64,000 bases of DNA, from positions 155,244 through 219,243 of the forward strand of contig JBAZSE010000002.1 in the NCBI GenBank assembly GCA_041662565.1. The letters are read 5' to 3'. Positions 9,971-20,419 of this stretch are shown here, piece by piece. The stretch's first letter is position 1; each line of letters begins with the position of its first letter. The notes beneath the pieces are model-generated. The model was not told where the DNA came from and did no database searches. It saw only the letters and a program-made list of their open reading frames with translations. Position numbers and translations under genes: made by a program. This stretch comes from Patescibacteria group bacterium. Lineage in GTDB: Bacteria > Patescibacteriota > Patescibacteriia > UBA1558 > UBA10009.

Positions 9971-10035
9971 TTTCAAATTATCTCTATAAAATTTAAGAAC
10001 CTCACTTTTATCGGTGAGGTTCTTATGTTAAGATA

Positions 10036-10140
10036 ATACTGTCATTCCGACCGAACGAAGCGAGTGGAGGAATCCCTTATTCGTTAATTCATTGATAAGG
10101 GATTCCTCGGCTCGCCCCTTTGGGGCTCGCTCGGAATGAC
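10036..10140. repeat. About 105-bp imperfect inverted repeat, GC-rich, between the KH gene and trmD
   Basis: The arms GTCATTCCGACCGAACGAAGCGAGTGGAGGAATCCCTTA and TAAGGGATTCCTCGGCTCGCCCCTTTGGGGCTCGCTCGGAATGAC form a palindrome with 10-14 bp perfect segments. It contains CCGAACG and CGAGCGAGCC (minus strand). Confidence 0.6.
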
Positions 10141-10147
10141 AAAAAAT

Positions 10148-10789
10148 ATGCAATTCAATATAATCACTATTTTCCCGCGTATCTTGGATTCTTACATTAA
10201 TGAATCCATTCTTAAACGCGCCCAAAAGGCCAAACTGATTAAGATTAATTCCCACAATCCTAGAGATTTTACGACCGATAAGCACCACCATGTTGATGAT
10301 TCTCCTTATGGCGGCGGGCCGGGCATGGTAATGATGGTTGAACCGATTGTTAAGGCCTTAAAAAAAATCAAGAAAAAAAAGAAATCATTGGTAATAATGA
10401 TGGATCCGGCCGGCGAGCAATTTAATCAAAAAATGGCTCAAAAATTTTCTAAACTGGATCAAATTATTTTTATCTGCGGCCGGTACGAAGGCATAGATGC
10501 GCGGGTAGATAAATTTATTGATGCCAAAATTTCGGTTGGTCCGTATGTTTTAAGCGGAGGCGAACTGCCGGCTGCTGTTATTGTAGAAGCTGTTTCTCGC
10601 CTACTTCCCGGCGTGCTTGGTAAATTTGAATCTACCCAATACGAAACCTTTGGTGGTGAAAAACAAGATATCGTAGAACATCCTCAATACACTAGGCCTG
10701 AAAAATTTTTAAATATGAAAGTGCCCGATGTATTATTATCCGGCAATCATGCCGAAATTGATAAATGGCGCAGAGCCAAAAAAAAATAA
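10148..10789 (+). CDS. trmD: tRNA (guanine37-N1)-methyltransferase
   Basis: MQFNIITIFPRIL, SPYGGGPGMV and CGRYEGIDARV are TrmD signatures. An alternative start is the ATG at 10136. Confidence 0.85.
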   Translation: MQFNIITIFPRILDSYINESILKRAQKAKLIKINSHNPRDFTTDKHHHVDDSPYGGGPGMVMMVEPIVKALKKIKKKKKSLVIMMDPAGEQFNQKMAQKFSKLDQIIFICGRYEGIDARVDKFIDAKISVGPYVLSGGELPAAVIVEAVSRLLPGVLGKFESTQYETFGGEKQDIVEHPQYTRPEKFLNMKVPDVLLSGNHAEIDKWRRAKKK

Positions 10790-10833
10790 ACTATTTAGTT
10801 TAATATTTTTTAACATTCGGGGTTAATACGAAA

Positions 10834-11370
10834 TTATTGAATTACTGCATAATAATTCATTCCATAAGAGCTATCGCAAGTTGGGCAACAAGTGCCATCG
10901 GTGGCCGTGGCACTCTGATTGATAGTTTCCATCTTTGCGTAAATATAAGTTTTAACAGGCGAACCGCAGCTATACTTCATAAACGCATATCCGGTAGCTG
11001 CGTTGCAGGTTCGGCCGCCCGTGGGATCGATAATTTCAGCCTTAGTATAACCGTTATCAATTAAACATTGAGACATTGATTTGGGATAAGCGCCACCAAC
11101 ATAATTAAACCAGCCATTGCCGTTACCGCTTGAACCGCACCCGCTACCCGTAGTCATCCAATTATTATTATCGTTATAATAAAAAAATAGGGCTTTCCTA
11201 ATACTGGCGATATCATGTTGGCGTTTTGTATCTCTGGCTTTGGCCCTTGCTCCAACAATACTAACCACGGCTGCCGTAGATAATAACCCAATAACAGCTA
11301 TTACCACAAGCAATTCTATCATAGTAAACCCTAAAGGACTTTGCTTTTGACTTTTAAAAACTTTACTCAT
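10834..11370 (-). CDS. Type IV pilin / pseudopilin (prepilin N-terminal cleavage-methylation domain)
   Basis: The N-terminus KQSPLGFTMIELLVVIAVIGLLS fits the G|FT(L/M)IEL class III signal, and the C-terminus is Cys-rich. Confidence 0.7.
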   Translation of the reverse strand: MSKVFKSQKQSPLGFTMIELLVVIAVIGLLSTAAVVSIVGARAKARDTKRQHDIASIRKALFFYYNDNNNWMTTGSGCGSSGNGNGWFNYVGGAYPKSMSQCLIDNGYTKAEIIDPTGGRTCNAATGYAFMKYSCGSPVKTYIYAKMETINQSATATDGTCCPTCDSSYGMNYYAVIQ

Positions 11371-11532
11371 ATTAAAGTTAGCCCGAATTAATAACAGGCA
11401 ATAAATGTCTTACGCAAAAAAAATAAAGCGATTTGCAACATATATTAATTATAGCACAAATCATCAAAAAATATTTTTATAGCCAAAAATAGCGAGTTTT
11501 GCTTATTAATTCTCAGGTAAATTTAATAATAA

Positions 11533-11949
11533 ATGAATATTAAACTTTTTATCGCTACCAAGGCCTTTATTAAATATCGGGGTAAAATCTTGATTATTAA
11601 AGAGTCAAATAAATATACCGAAGGTACTAACGTTGGTAAGTTTGACGTGCCTGGCGGTAGGATAAAGCCCGGTCAAAAATTTGATGAAAGTTTACTGCGA
11701 GAAATTAAAGAAGAAACCGGACTGGAAGTAATTATTGGTCAGCCCTTTTTTGCCAATGAGTGGCGACCAATGGTTAAAGAAGAACAGTGGCAAGTGGTGG
11801 GTATGTTTTTTGAATGCGAAAGCGCGACTGATAAAATCACTTTAAGCAAAGATCATGATGAATATTTATGGATAGACCCGACCAACTATAAAAAATACAA
11901 TTTAATTGCCAATCTTCAACCGGCTTTTGAAGCGTATTTAAAAAAATAA
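11533..11949 (+). CDS. NUDIX hydrolase
   Basis: The Nudix box GGRIKPGQKFDESLLREIKEETGLEV is present, and a hairpin with T-run terminator follows at 11972-11993. Confidence 0.75.
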   Translation: MNIKLFIATKAFIKYRGKILIIKESNKYTEGTNVGKFDVPGGRIKPGQKFDESLLREIKEETGLEVIIGQPFFANEWRPMVKEEQWQVVGMFFECESATDKITLSKDHDEYLWIDPTNYKKYNLIANLQPAFEAYLKK

Positions 11950-12067
11950 TCTTTTTAAAACCTTTAATAAATGCCCTAATTAAGGCATTTTTTATTTGAC
12001 AAACATAACCATAATTGATAGTTTTACATTAATTGATCTTTCGAAAATCTTCACAATAGGAACAAAA

Positions 12068-12379
12068 ATGCCAAAATTAGGTTCTAAAGACAAAGTCTTC
12101 GATAGAGTATCGAACTACTCTATTACCGAGAGAGACATGGCTCTCGCCAGAAAAGCCGCCGGAGGTATTGTATCTGGACGTGAAATCAAACGGCTAAATA
12201 ATTGTCCTTTCTACATAGTGGGATCAATTATTTGTATCTTACTCGCAATATCTTCATTTTTTGGTGGCATCGACATGCCTCTGTTGGCCTCTATACCAAC
12301 GCTGGTAATAGGCTTATTGGTGGGGGTGCCTGCAGTGATCGACTACAGGATACTTAAGAATAAACATTCCAAAGTCTAA
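12068..12379 (+). CDS. Hypothetical small membrane protein
   Basis: Two C-terminal hydrophobic helices. The ATG at 12068 is preferred over the TTG at 11996. Confidence 0.3.
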   Translation: MPKLGSKDKVFDRVSNYSITERDMALARKAAGGIVSGREIKRLNNCPFYIVGSIICILLAISSFFGGIDMPLLASIPTLVIGLLVGVPAVIDYRILKNKHSKV

Positions 12380-12446
12380 AGAAACAACCATTCACAACCG
12401 TTATCATCTGATGACGGTCTTTTTTTATAAGCGACGTAGAGTGAGG

Positions 12447-12478
12447 AGGTGTAAAAGCTTGCTTTTACACCTCCGAGC
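12447..12478 (+). promoter_or_regulatory. Perfect 14-bp-stem hairpin (GGAGGTGTAAAAGC/GCTTTTACACCTCC) in the glpX upstream region
   Basis: A perfect inverted repeat with a 4-nt loop lies downstream of a separate T-run terminator at about 12398-12430. Confidence 0.45.
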
Positions 12479-12562
12479 CGAGGAGCTTATATCTAATAGA
12501 TATTAACTTGAAATAAACCCCTAGAAAACATATAATTACTTCATTATAACCAAATAATTTCT

Positions 12563-13501
12563 ATGGAACGAAACCTAGCTTTGGAATTTGTGCGCGTAAC
12601 CGAGGCAGCAGCCATTGCGGCCGTTAAATGGATGGGCCGTGGAGAAAGAAAAGCAGCCGATGGGGCGGCAGTTGATGCCATGCGTAAAAGCTTTAGCAAA
12701 ATTGTTTTTCATGGCACCATTGTTATCGGGGAAGGTGAAAAAGATAAAGCCCCGGAACTATATATTGGCGAGGAATTAGGCACCAAAAACGGCGAAAAAA
12801 TAGATATTGCCGTTGACCCCTTGGAATGCACCGATAGCGTAGCTAACGGTGTGCCTAATGCCATTTCGGTTATCGCCACCGGCAATGAGGGCTGTTTGTT
12901 CCACGCTCCGGATATGTACATGAATAAAATCGCTTGCGGGCCAAAAGCCAAAGGCGCCATTAATTTGGATGCTTCCGTTAAAGAAAATTTAACCAAGGTG
13001 GCTAAAAAACTGGATAAAGAAATCGCCGAACTGGTAGTAATGGTTTTAAACAGGCCCCGCCACGATGATTTGATTAAAGAACTCCGCGCTTGCGGCGCCA
13101 GGGTCTGTTTAATTTCCGACGGCGATGTAGCCGGGGCCATTGCTCCCTCTTTAAGGGATTCCGGCATTGATTTATTAATGGGCATCGGTGCCAGCGCCGA
13201 AGCGGTTTTAGCCAGTACAGCCATTAAATGTTTGGGTGGAGAATTTCAGGCCAAATTTTGGCCTAAAGATGAGGCGCAAAAAGAACGTTTGCTTAAATTG
13301 GGCTACGCTGATTTAAACAAAATTTTTACTGCCGATGATCTAGCCAAGGGCGATGATTTAACCTTTACCGCTACCGGAGTAATTGACGGCCCCATGCTTA
13401 AAGGCGTACGGATTACAGCCAATCACATAATTACCCATTCCGTAGTTATGAGAGTAAAAACAGGCACAATAAGATTTTTAGAAACACACCATAGAATATA
13501 A
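12563..13501 (+). CDS. glpX: Fructose-1,6-bisphosphatase class II
   Basis: The N-terminus ALEFVRVTEAAAIAA, and full-length similarity to the GlpX family. Confidence 0.85.
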   Translation: MERNLALEFVRVTEAAAIAAVKWMGRGERKAADGAAVDAMRKSFSKIVFHGTIVIGEGEKDKAPELYIGEELGTKNGEKIDIAVDPLECTDSVANGVPNAISVIATGNEGCLFHAPDMYMNKIACGPKAKGAINLDASVKENLTKVAKKLDKEIAELVVMVLNRPRHDDLIKELRACGARVCLISDGDVAGAIAPSLRDSGIDLLMGIGASAEAVLASTAIKCLGGEFQAKFWPKDEAQKERLLKLGYADLNKIFTADDLAKGDDLTFTATGVIDGPMLKGVRITANHIITHSVVMRVKTGTIRFLETHHRI

Positions 13502-13532
13502 TTTTAAATTTTAAGATTAATTAAATAATTTT

Positions 13533-13847
13533 ATGAAAAATTTCAATCCGGAAAACAAGTTACTTACGGAACATGAAACAGTAAGTGATTTTAATGTTAG
13601 TTTATTAAAAGAAATTATACATGATTTCTCCCATCATTCTTTTAACTTTTCAGATGCCGCTGACATATATCATCGCCAAGACACCACACGACATACTGAC
13701 AAAAAAATTGGCGAGGAATCAATTAAAAGATCGCTTGATGCTTTTGTAGAACAAGGAGTTCTTGATTATGATCTTAACACCAAAGAATATAGCGTTAATC
13801 ATACTTCTTCCGACGTAGCAAGAATATCTGAAGAGGAAGATGATTAA
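13533..13847 (+). CDS. Hypothetical acidic protein
   Basis: A 104-aa ORF with an acidic C-terminus. No motifs recognised. Confidence 0.3.
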   Translation: MKNFNPENKLLTEHETVSDFNVSLLKEIIHDFSHHSFNFSDAADIYHRQDTTRHTDKKIGEESIKRSLDAFVEQGVLDYDLNTKEYSVNHTSSDVARISEEEDD

Positions 13848-13877
13848 TTAATAAAATATCAACTATTAAATAAACTT

Positions 13878-14807
13878 ATGATAAAAAAAATAACAGCTTC
13901 AAACGTCATTGTTCCCTTGGATGTTCCTAAAGCTAAAAAGACGGAATATGTAAAAAATTACCTAAAACTAACCCATAATACCGGCCGAATGATGTTATTT
14001 GCCGGCGACCAAAAAGTAGAACATTTAAATGATGATTTTTTTGATGGTGGCAAGGAAATTTCTTTGGAAGATGCCGATCCGGAACACCTTTGGAAAATCG
14101 CTTCTACTTCCCCTATTAGCTGTTTGGCTGTACAAGCCGGTTATGCAGCAAAGTTTGCTCCCAGCTATCCTAAAGTGCCATTACTTATTAAACTTAATTC
14201 CAAATCGCACTTGGTTAAAACCGAGCAAAAGGAGCCGTTAAGCAAAGCTATGACCAGCGTGGCGCAGGTTATGGAATTAAAAAAGAACGGTGCTAATATC
14301 TTAGCAGTGGGCTATACTATTTACCTTTGCAGCGAATTTGAAGACCAGATGATCAGCGAAGCCTCTAACATAATTGCCAACGCTCACCAAAATGGACTAC
14401 TTTCGGTAATTTGGATTTACCCACGTGGCAAAGCTGTTAAAGATGAAAAAGACGGCCACCTAATAGCCGGTGCCACTGGCGTAGCCTGCACCCTGGGTTC
14501 TGATTTTGTTAAGGTTAACTATCCTCAAAAAGAAGGCGTTAAAAGTGAAGAAATTTTTAAAGAAGCAATTGTGGCCGGCGGCCGAACCGGTGTAATTACT
14601 TCCGGAGGCAGTTCCACTGATCCTAAAAAATTCTTAGAAAGATTGCACCAGCAAATTAACATCAGCGGAGCTGTAGGCAGTGCTACCGGCCGGAACATTC
14701 ATCAAAAACCACTGGCTGAAGCCATTAACTTTTGTAAGGCCATTTCGGCCATTACCTTTAATGATTCCACGGTTGATGAGGCCTACCAAATCTATCAAGG
14801 TAAATAA
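13878..14807 (+). CDS. Class I fructose-bisphosphate aldolase, archaeal/DhnA-type (DeoC/FbaB family), tentative
   Basis: A 309-aa TIM-barrel-like sequence with LIKLN and VKVNYP lysine motifs, adjacent to glpX in a gluconeogenic pair. Confidence 0.45.
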   Translation: MIKKITASNVIVPLDVPKAKKTEYVKNYLKLTHNTGRMMLFAGDQKVEHLNDDFFDGGKEISLEDADPEHLWKIASTSPISCLAVQAGYAAKFAPSYPKVPLLIKLNSKSHLVKTEQKEPLSKAMTSVAQVMELKKNGANILAVGYTIYLCSEFEDQMISEASNIIANAHQNGLLSVIWIYPRGKAVKDEKDGHLIAGATGVACTLGSDFVKVNYPQKEGVKSEEIFKEAIVAGGRTGVITSGGSSTDPKKFLERLHQQINISGAVGSATGRNIHQKPLAEAINFCKAISAITFNDSTVDEAYQIYQGK

Positions 14808-14842
14808 GCATTTAACTTGCCTAGACGCTGTATCAAACCGAC

Positions 14843-14871
14843 TTGACAAACAAAGCCCAATGACCTAAAAT
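14843..14871 (+). promoter_or_regulatory. Consensus sigma70 promoter (TTGACA-17-TAAAAT) about 470 bp upstream of 16S rRNA
   Basis: A perfect -35 hexamer with 17-nt spacing to the -10. Confidence 0.55.
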
Positions 14872-15014
14872 AGGGTCACGTTCTTCGATAGTGGCTACAA
14901 ATTATCAACCTAACTGTAAAAAGGCTTCAAAATAACTTAAAATTCAAGCTTTTTTGGAAAACAGAGGACTTTAATGGGCTTCAGGCCAGGTCTGGAAATC
15001 TTGTTAATAACTAT

Positions 15015-15031
15015 ATCGAGATGAGCTCGAC
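15015..15031. repeat. Palindromic repeat family copy (variant ATCGAGATGAGCTCGAC) in the 16S leader
   Basis: It matches the 17-bp palindrome family seen at 23301, 30652, 30948, 42957 and 61842. Confidence 0.5.
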
Positions 15032-15336
15032 GAGATAATCCCCCGGCAAACAGCAATTGAAATCCGCTGTTTTTTGTTTCCACCTCCGCTCCCCGCACCC
15101 TGCCTAACGGCAGTGTACTAAGAGCTACGGCGGACAAGCTCTACGCAATAACATGCTACGGGCAGTAAAAAACAAAAAACAAACAGAACTTTGACAGCTG
15201 AATAAGTGATAGGAAACAATTAATTCCCAACAATTCTTTTAAGGTGGACTAATTACAGCCGTCCATCTTCCCCTTCCTACTCAAGAAAGCGCAAGTTTTC
15301 TTATCTGGAAGATCAAAAAAATAACTGCTGTATCTT

Positions 15337-16820
<1,484 letters not shown>

Positions 16821-17160
16821 CTAGGGAGTATAATCTTCTGACTAAAACATTCGTGTTGAAGTCGAAAGTAGGTCGACCTTGATGTATGGGTTTTATAACC
16901 TATATTTACAAGAGTGGGGATTAATTGCTTTCCTATTACTTTTAAGCTGTTAAAGCGGCTGGGGTAGCCAACCCTAGCCGTTTTTGTTAGAATGATATTT
17001 ATTGAAGGAGATAACTAACTTCAATATAGGTTGTAAAGTCGCAAGGCCGAAGGCCGAGCGCTAAAATTCGCCTTTGGCGAATTTTAAAAGGAAGACATTG
17101 ATTGAAGCTGGAGCGACCGAGTTTACTCGGACGCGTAAGCTGAAAGCGATTGTCTGACGT

Positions 17161-17237
17161 GGGCGATTAGCTCAGTTGGTTAGAGCGCGTCACTGATAAT
17201 GACGAGGTCAATGGTTCGAATCCATTATCGCCCACCA
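17161..17237 (+). tRNA. tRNA-Ile (GAT)
   Basis: Cloverleaf folded by hand. The acceptor is GGGCGAT/ATCGCCC, the anticodon loop CTGATAA, and a CCA end is encoded. Confidence 0.9.
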
Positions 17238-17238
17238 C

Positions 17239-17313
17239 GCCGAGGTAGCTCAGTGGTAGAGCGCATGCCTGAAGAGCATGGCGTCGGCAGTCCGATTCTG
17301 CCCCTCGGCACCA
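17239..17313 (+). tRNA. tRNA-Phe (GAA)
   Basis: The acceptor is GCCGAGG/CCTCGGC, the anticodon stem CATGC/GCATG, the loop CTGAAGA, and CCA is encoded. It occupies the position usually held by tRNA-Ala. Confidence 0.8.
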
Positions 17314-17556
17314 TTCGACTCCCCTGAACCATATGGTTCAGGGTCGCTCATGGTTTACGTCCTCGCTTACGCTCGGACTTCAACCACGGGAATGGAGTCG
17401 AATGGTGCCTTGAGCAAAGCCGAAAGGCACCACTCTTTCAAAGATTGAAAAAACCAAATTATTTTGCTACTATATATTTGCCTTGGGCATTGCGGAGCAA
17501 TGGTGCGAAAGGTCTCATTTAGTTGAGCGCACCCTTGCAGCGAAACAATGTCAATT

Positions 17557-17583
17557 AAAACCGGCTTAATTGCCGGCTTTTAT
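17557..17583 (+). terminator. Intrinsic terminator after the 16S-tRNA unit
   Basis: The AACCGGC/GCCGGCTTTTATTT hairpin and T-run. No 23S follows. Confidence 0.55.
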
Positions 17584-17602
17584 TTATCATTAATTTTTTA
17601 CC

Positions 17603-18523
17603 ATGGAAGTCCAACAAAATCTATTTATTCTTTTCATCGTGATTATCGTAGGTTTTTTAGCGCTGGACTTGGGCTACTTTAACCGCAAAAGCCATAAGAT
17701 TGAAATAGCCGAGGCCTTAAAACAATCTTTGTTTTGGATAGCTATTGCCATAGGATTCGCCTTTTTGATCTTTTTGTTCATGAGCCGCGAACTGGCGGCC
17801 GAATTTATGAGCGCTTATGTAACCGAAAAAATGCTTTCGGTTGATAACCTTTTTGTAATTCTACTGATCTTTAGCTATTTTAAATTGGAAGAAAAATATC
17901 ACCACCGTGCCCTGTTTTGGGGCATTTTAGGTGCGGTAATTTTTAGAGGCATTTTTATTACTGCCGGCGCTTACATTATAGGACAATTTCATTGGGTGCT
18001 GTATATTTTTGGCGCCTTGCTTATTTATACCGGCATAAAACTTTTGCAAGATAAAAAAGAAGAACACATTGATTTTGAAAAAAACCGCATCGTGCGTTTT
18101 GCCCGTAAATATCTGCCTTTTACTGCGAGCCATCATGGTGGAAAATTCTTTGTTAAAGAACACGGTAAATTTTACTTTACCACTTTATTCTTAACCGTTT
18201 TGCTGGTAGAAGCGACCGATATTATATTTGCCGTTGATTCCATTCCGGCGGTTTTTGCCATTTCACAAAACCTGTTTATTGTATTTACTTCCAACATTTT
18301 TGCGGTTATGGGCTTACGGGCGCTCTTCTTTTTGATTGAAAACGTTTTACATCGCTTTCACCATCTGCAAAAAGGGCTTTCGTTTATTCTGCTATTTATC
18401 GGTTTAAAAATGTTATCCGGAATTTTTGATATTCACATCTCTTCTTTACTGTCATTTGGGATTATTATGTTTGCCCTGGCTGCCAGCATAGTTCTTTCGG
18501 TTATTTTTCCTAAAAAAATCTAA
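17603..18523 (+). CDS. TerC-family integral membrane protein
   Basis: Multi-pass membrane protein with the LSVDNLFVI TerC motif. Confidence 0.75.
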   Translation: MEVQQNLFILFIVIIVGFLALDLGYFNRKSHKIEIAEALKQSLFWIAIAIGFAFLIFLFMSRELAAEFMSAYVTEKMLSVDNLFVILLIFSYFKLEEKYHHRALFWGILGAVIFRGIFITAGAYIIGQFHWVLYIFGALLIYTGIKLLQDKKEEHIDFEKNRIVRFARKYLPFTASHHGGKFFVKEHGKFYFTTLFLTVLLVEATDIIFAVDSIPAVFAISQNLFIVFTSNIFAVMGLRALFFLIENVLHRFHHLQKGLSFILLFIGLKMLSGIFDIHISSLLSFGIIMFALAASIVLSVIFPKKI

Positions 18524-18595
18524 ACCAAGGCCTTTTTTGCATAATTGACTTTTAACAAAATAAATGTTATCGTAACCTACGATTTCTTTTTGCTT

Positions 18596-18672
18596 CGGGG
18601 TATAGCGCAGTTGGCTAGCGCGTCTGGTTTGGGACCAGAAGGTCGTCGGTTCAAATCCGACTACCCCGACCA
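18596..18672 (+). tRNA. tRNA-Pro (TGG)
   Basis: The acceptor is CGGGGTA/TACCCCG, the anticodon loop TTTGGGA with G37, and CCA is encoded. Confidence 0.85.
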
Positions 18673-18716
18673 ATTCAAACATTGAACTGGCTTTTACTGT
18701 ATGGTATAATGGTAAT

Positions 18717-19391
18717 ATGAAAAATCATTATACCATTAAAGAAAATGCCTTAAAGCTTAGAGGCCAAGGCTATTCTTACAACTTAATTTCCCAAAAATTA
18801 GGCGTTGCTAAGGGTACCCTAAGTTATTGGTTTAAAGACGTGCCATACACGGCAAATAAGGCGGTTTTAAAAAGAATTAAACTTGGCCCATTTATTTCAG
18901 GCAGAATAAGACATGAGCGCAAGTTAAGTAGTATTGAAGAAATTACAAAAGCGGCCAAAACTGAATTGGGCGTTATATCAGAAAGAGATTTATGGATGCT
19001 AGGGATCGGTTTATATATAGGCGAGGGGTCTAAAAGCTATGAAGATGTAAGGATAATGAATTCCAACCCCGAGATTATCAAATTAGCGGTACACTGGTTT
19101 AAAAAAATTTGCAAGGTTGGTGATAAAAACTTGATTTTAACCCTTCACCTATACCCTGATAATAATTTGAGGCAATCCATGAAATATTGGAGTAATTTAA
19201 CTGGCATTCCTTTAAATCAATTTAGAAAATCTCAAATTGATACCCGCGTAAATAAGTCTTGGAAAAAGAAAAATAAGCTTCCTTATGGCACTGCCAACGT
19301 ATCAGTAAAAACATATGGTAATCCAGAATTTGGCGTAAAATTGCACAGAAGGATAGTGGGTTGGATTGATGGGATTTTTAAAACAATTTAA
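18717..19391 (+). CDS. HTH-domain protein with LAGLIDADG-like motif (putative homing-endonuclease-like)
   Basis: The N-terminal HTH is LISQKLGVAKGTLSYWFK, and MLGIGLYIGEGSK fits the L.G...G(D/E)GS LAGLIDADG pattern. The gene lies between tRNA-Pro and tRNA-Gly. Confidence 0.4.
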   Translation: MKNHYTIKENALKLRGQGYSYNLISQKLGVAKGTLSYWFKDVPYTANKAVLKRIKLGPFISGRIRHERKLSSIEEITKAAKTELGVISERDLWMLGIGLYIGEGSKSYEDVRIMNSNPEIIKLAVHWFKKICKVGDKNLILTLHLYPDNNLRQSMKYWSNLTGIPLNQFRKSQIDTRVNKSWKKKNKLPYGTANVSVKTYGNPEFGVKLHRRIVGWIDGIFKTI

Positions 19392-19395
19392 TTAT

Positions 19396-19469
19396 GCGGG
19401 TATAGTATAACGGTATTACTGTGGCTTTCCAAGCCAAGGACGGGAGTTCGACTCTCCCTACCCGCTCCA
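19396..19469 (+). tRNA. tRNA-Gly (TCC)
   Basis: The acceptor is GCGGGTA/TACCCGC, the anticodon loop TTTCCAA, and CCA is encoded. Confidence 0.8.
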
Positions 19470-19521
19470 TTCTTCTTTAATATCAATTACCCAAATGGGT
19501 ATTTTTTGTTATAATAAATAA

Positions 19522-20229
19522 ATGCACTACCAAAAATTTATCCATCATCAAAAATCCTCAATTATTACCAGCATTAAAGAGGTAATTTTTGGCCTGGAAG
19601 ATGGCATGGTTTCGACCCTTGGGGCCATTTCCGGCATTGCGGCGGGCACTCATAACCAAGCCACGGTTATTTTATCCGGTTTGGTGATTATTGCCGTAGA
19701 ATCCATTTCCATGGGCGTGGGTATTTTTTTATCGGATTCTTCGGCTAAAGATATTGATGATCGGAAAATAAAAGAAGAAGAATTTGAAATAGATAATTTT
19801 TTGGAGCAGGAAAAAGAAGAACTTAAAGGATTTTATGAACAAGATGGCTGGCCCGAAGCACTAGCCGGTCAAATGTCTATCGTAGCCAGCCAAAATAAAA
19901 AACTGCTGTTAAAGGAAATGGCCACCAGGGAATTAAAAATTTTCAATGAACCTTCACAATCCCTTAAAAAGGGCCTGATTATGTTTGCCTCTTACGTTGT
20001 CGGCGGCTTAATTCCACTATTGCCCTATTTTTTCCTGCCTTTGCCCCATGCCACCTATTTATCGGTTAGTTTAACCTTATTGGGCTTATTTAGCTTAGGC
20101 CTTGGTGTAGCCAAATTTTCCTTTAACTTTTGGCTTAAAAGCGCCCTTAAAATGCTAATATTAGGGGGTTTGGCTTTAGGCGTTGGCTTATTAATGAGCC
20201 AAATTTCCCTAAAATTTATCCCCTCATAA
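19522..20229 (+). CDS. VIT1/CCC1-family iron/manganese transporter
   Basis: The motif EVIFGLEDGMVSTLGAISGIAAG and C-terminal TM helices. Confidence 0.75.
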   Translation: MHYQKFIHHQKSSIITSIKEVIFGLEDGMVSTLGAISGIAAGTHNQATVILSGLVIIAVESISMGVGIFLSDSSAKDIDDRKIKEEEFEIDNFLEQEKEELKGFYEQDGWPEALAGQMSIVASQNKKLLLKEMATRELKIFNEPSQSLKKGLIMFASYVVGGLIPLLPYFFLPLPHATYLSVSLTLLGLFSLGLGVAKFSFNFWLKSALKMLILGGLALGVGLLMSQISLKFIPS

Positions 20230-20419
20230 ACAACTAATGGTAGAGAAGTAGTAGTAAACATTGCCAATTAATTAAAATAAGTGTATACTAAAAATGAGGT
20301 CGAAGGGTCTTTAGATTGCCACTATGCCAAATATGGCCAATCCAAGATCTGCTTTTCGCTCCGTCCTTAATTAGGCGGGGTTTTTTATATCTTTTAAAAA
20401 TAATTAACGAACAAATCAT

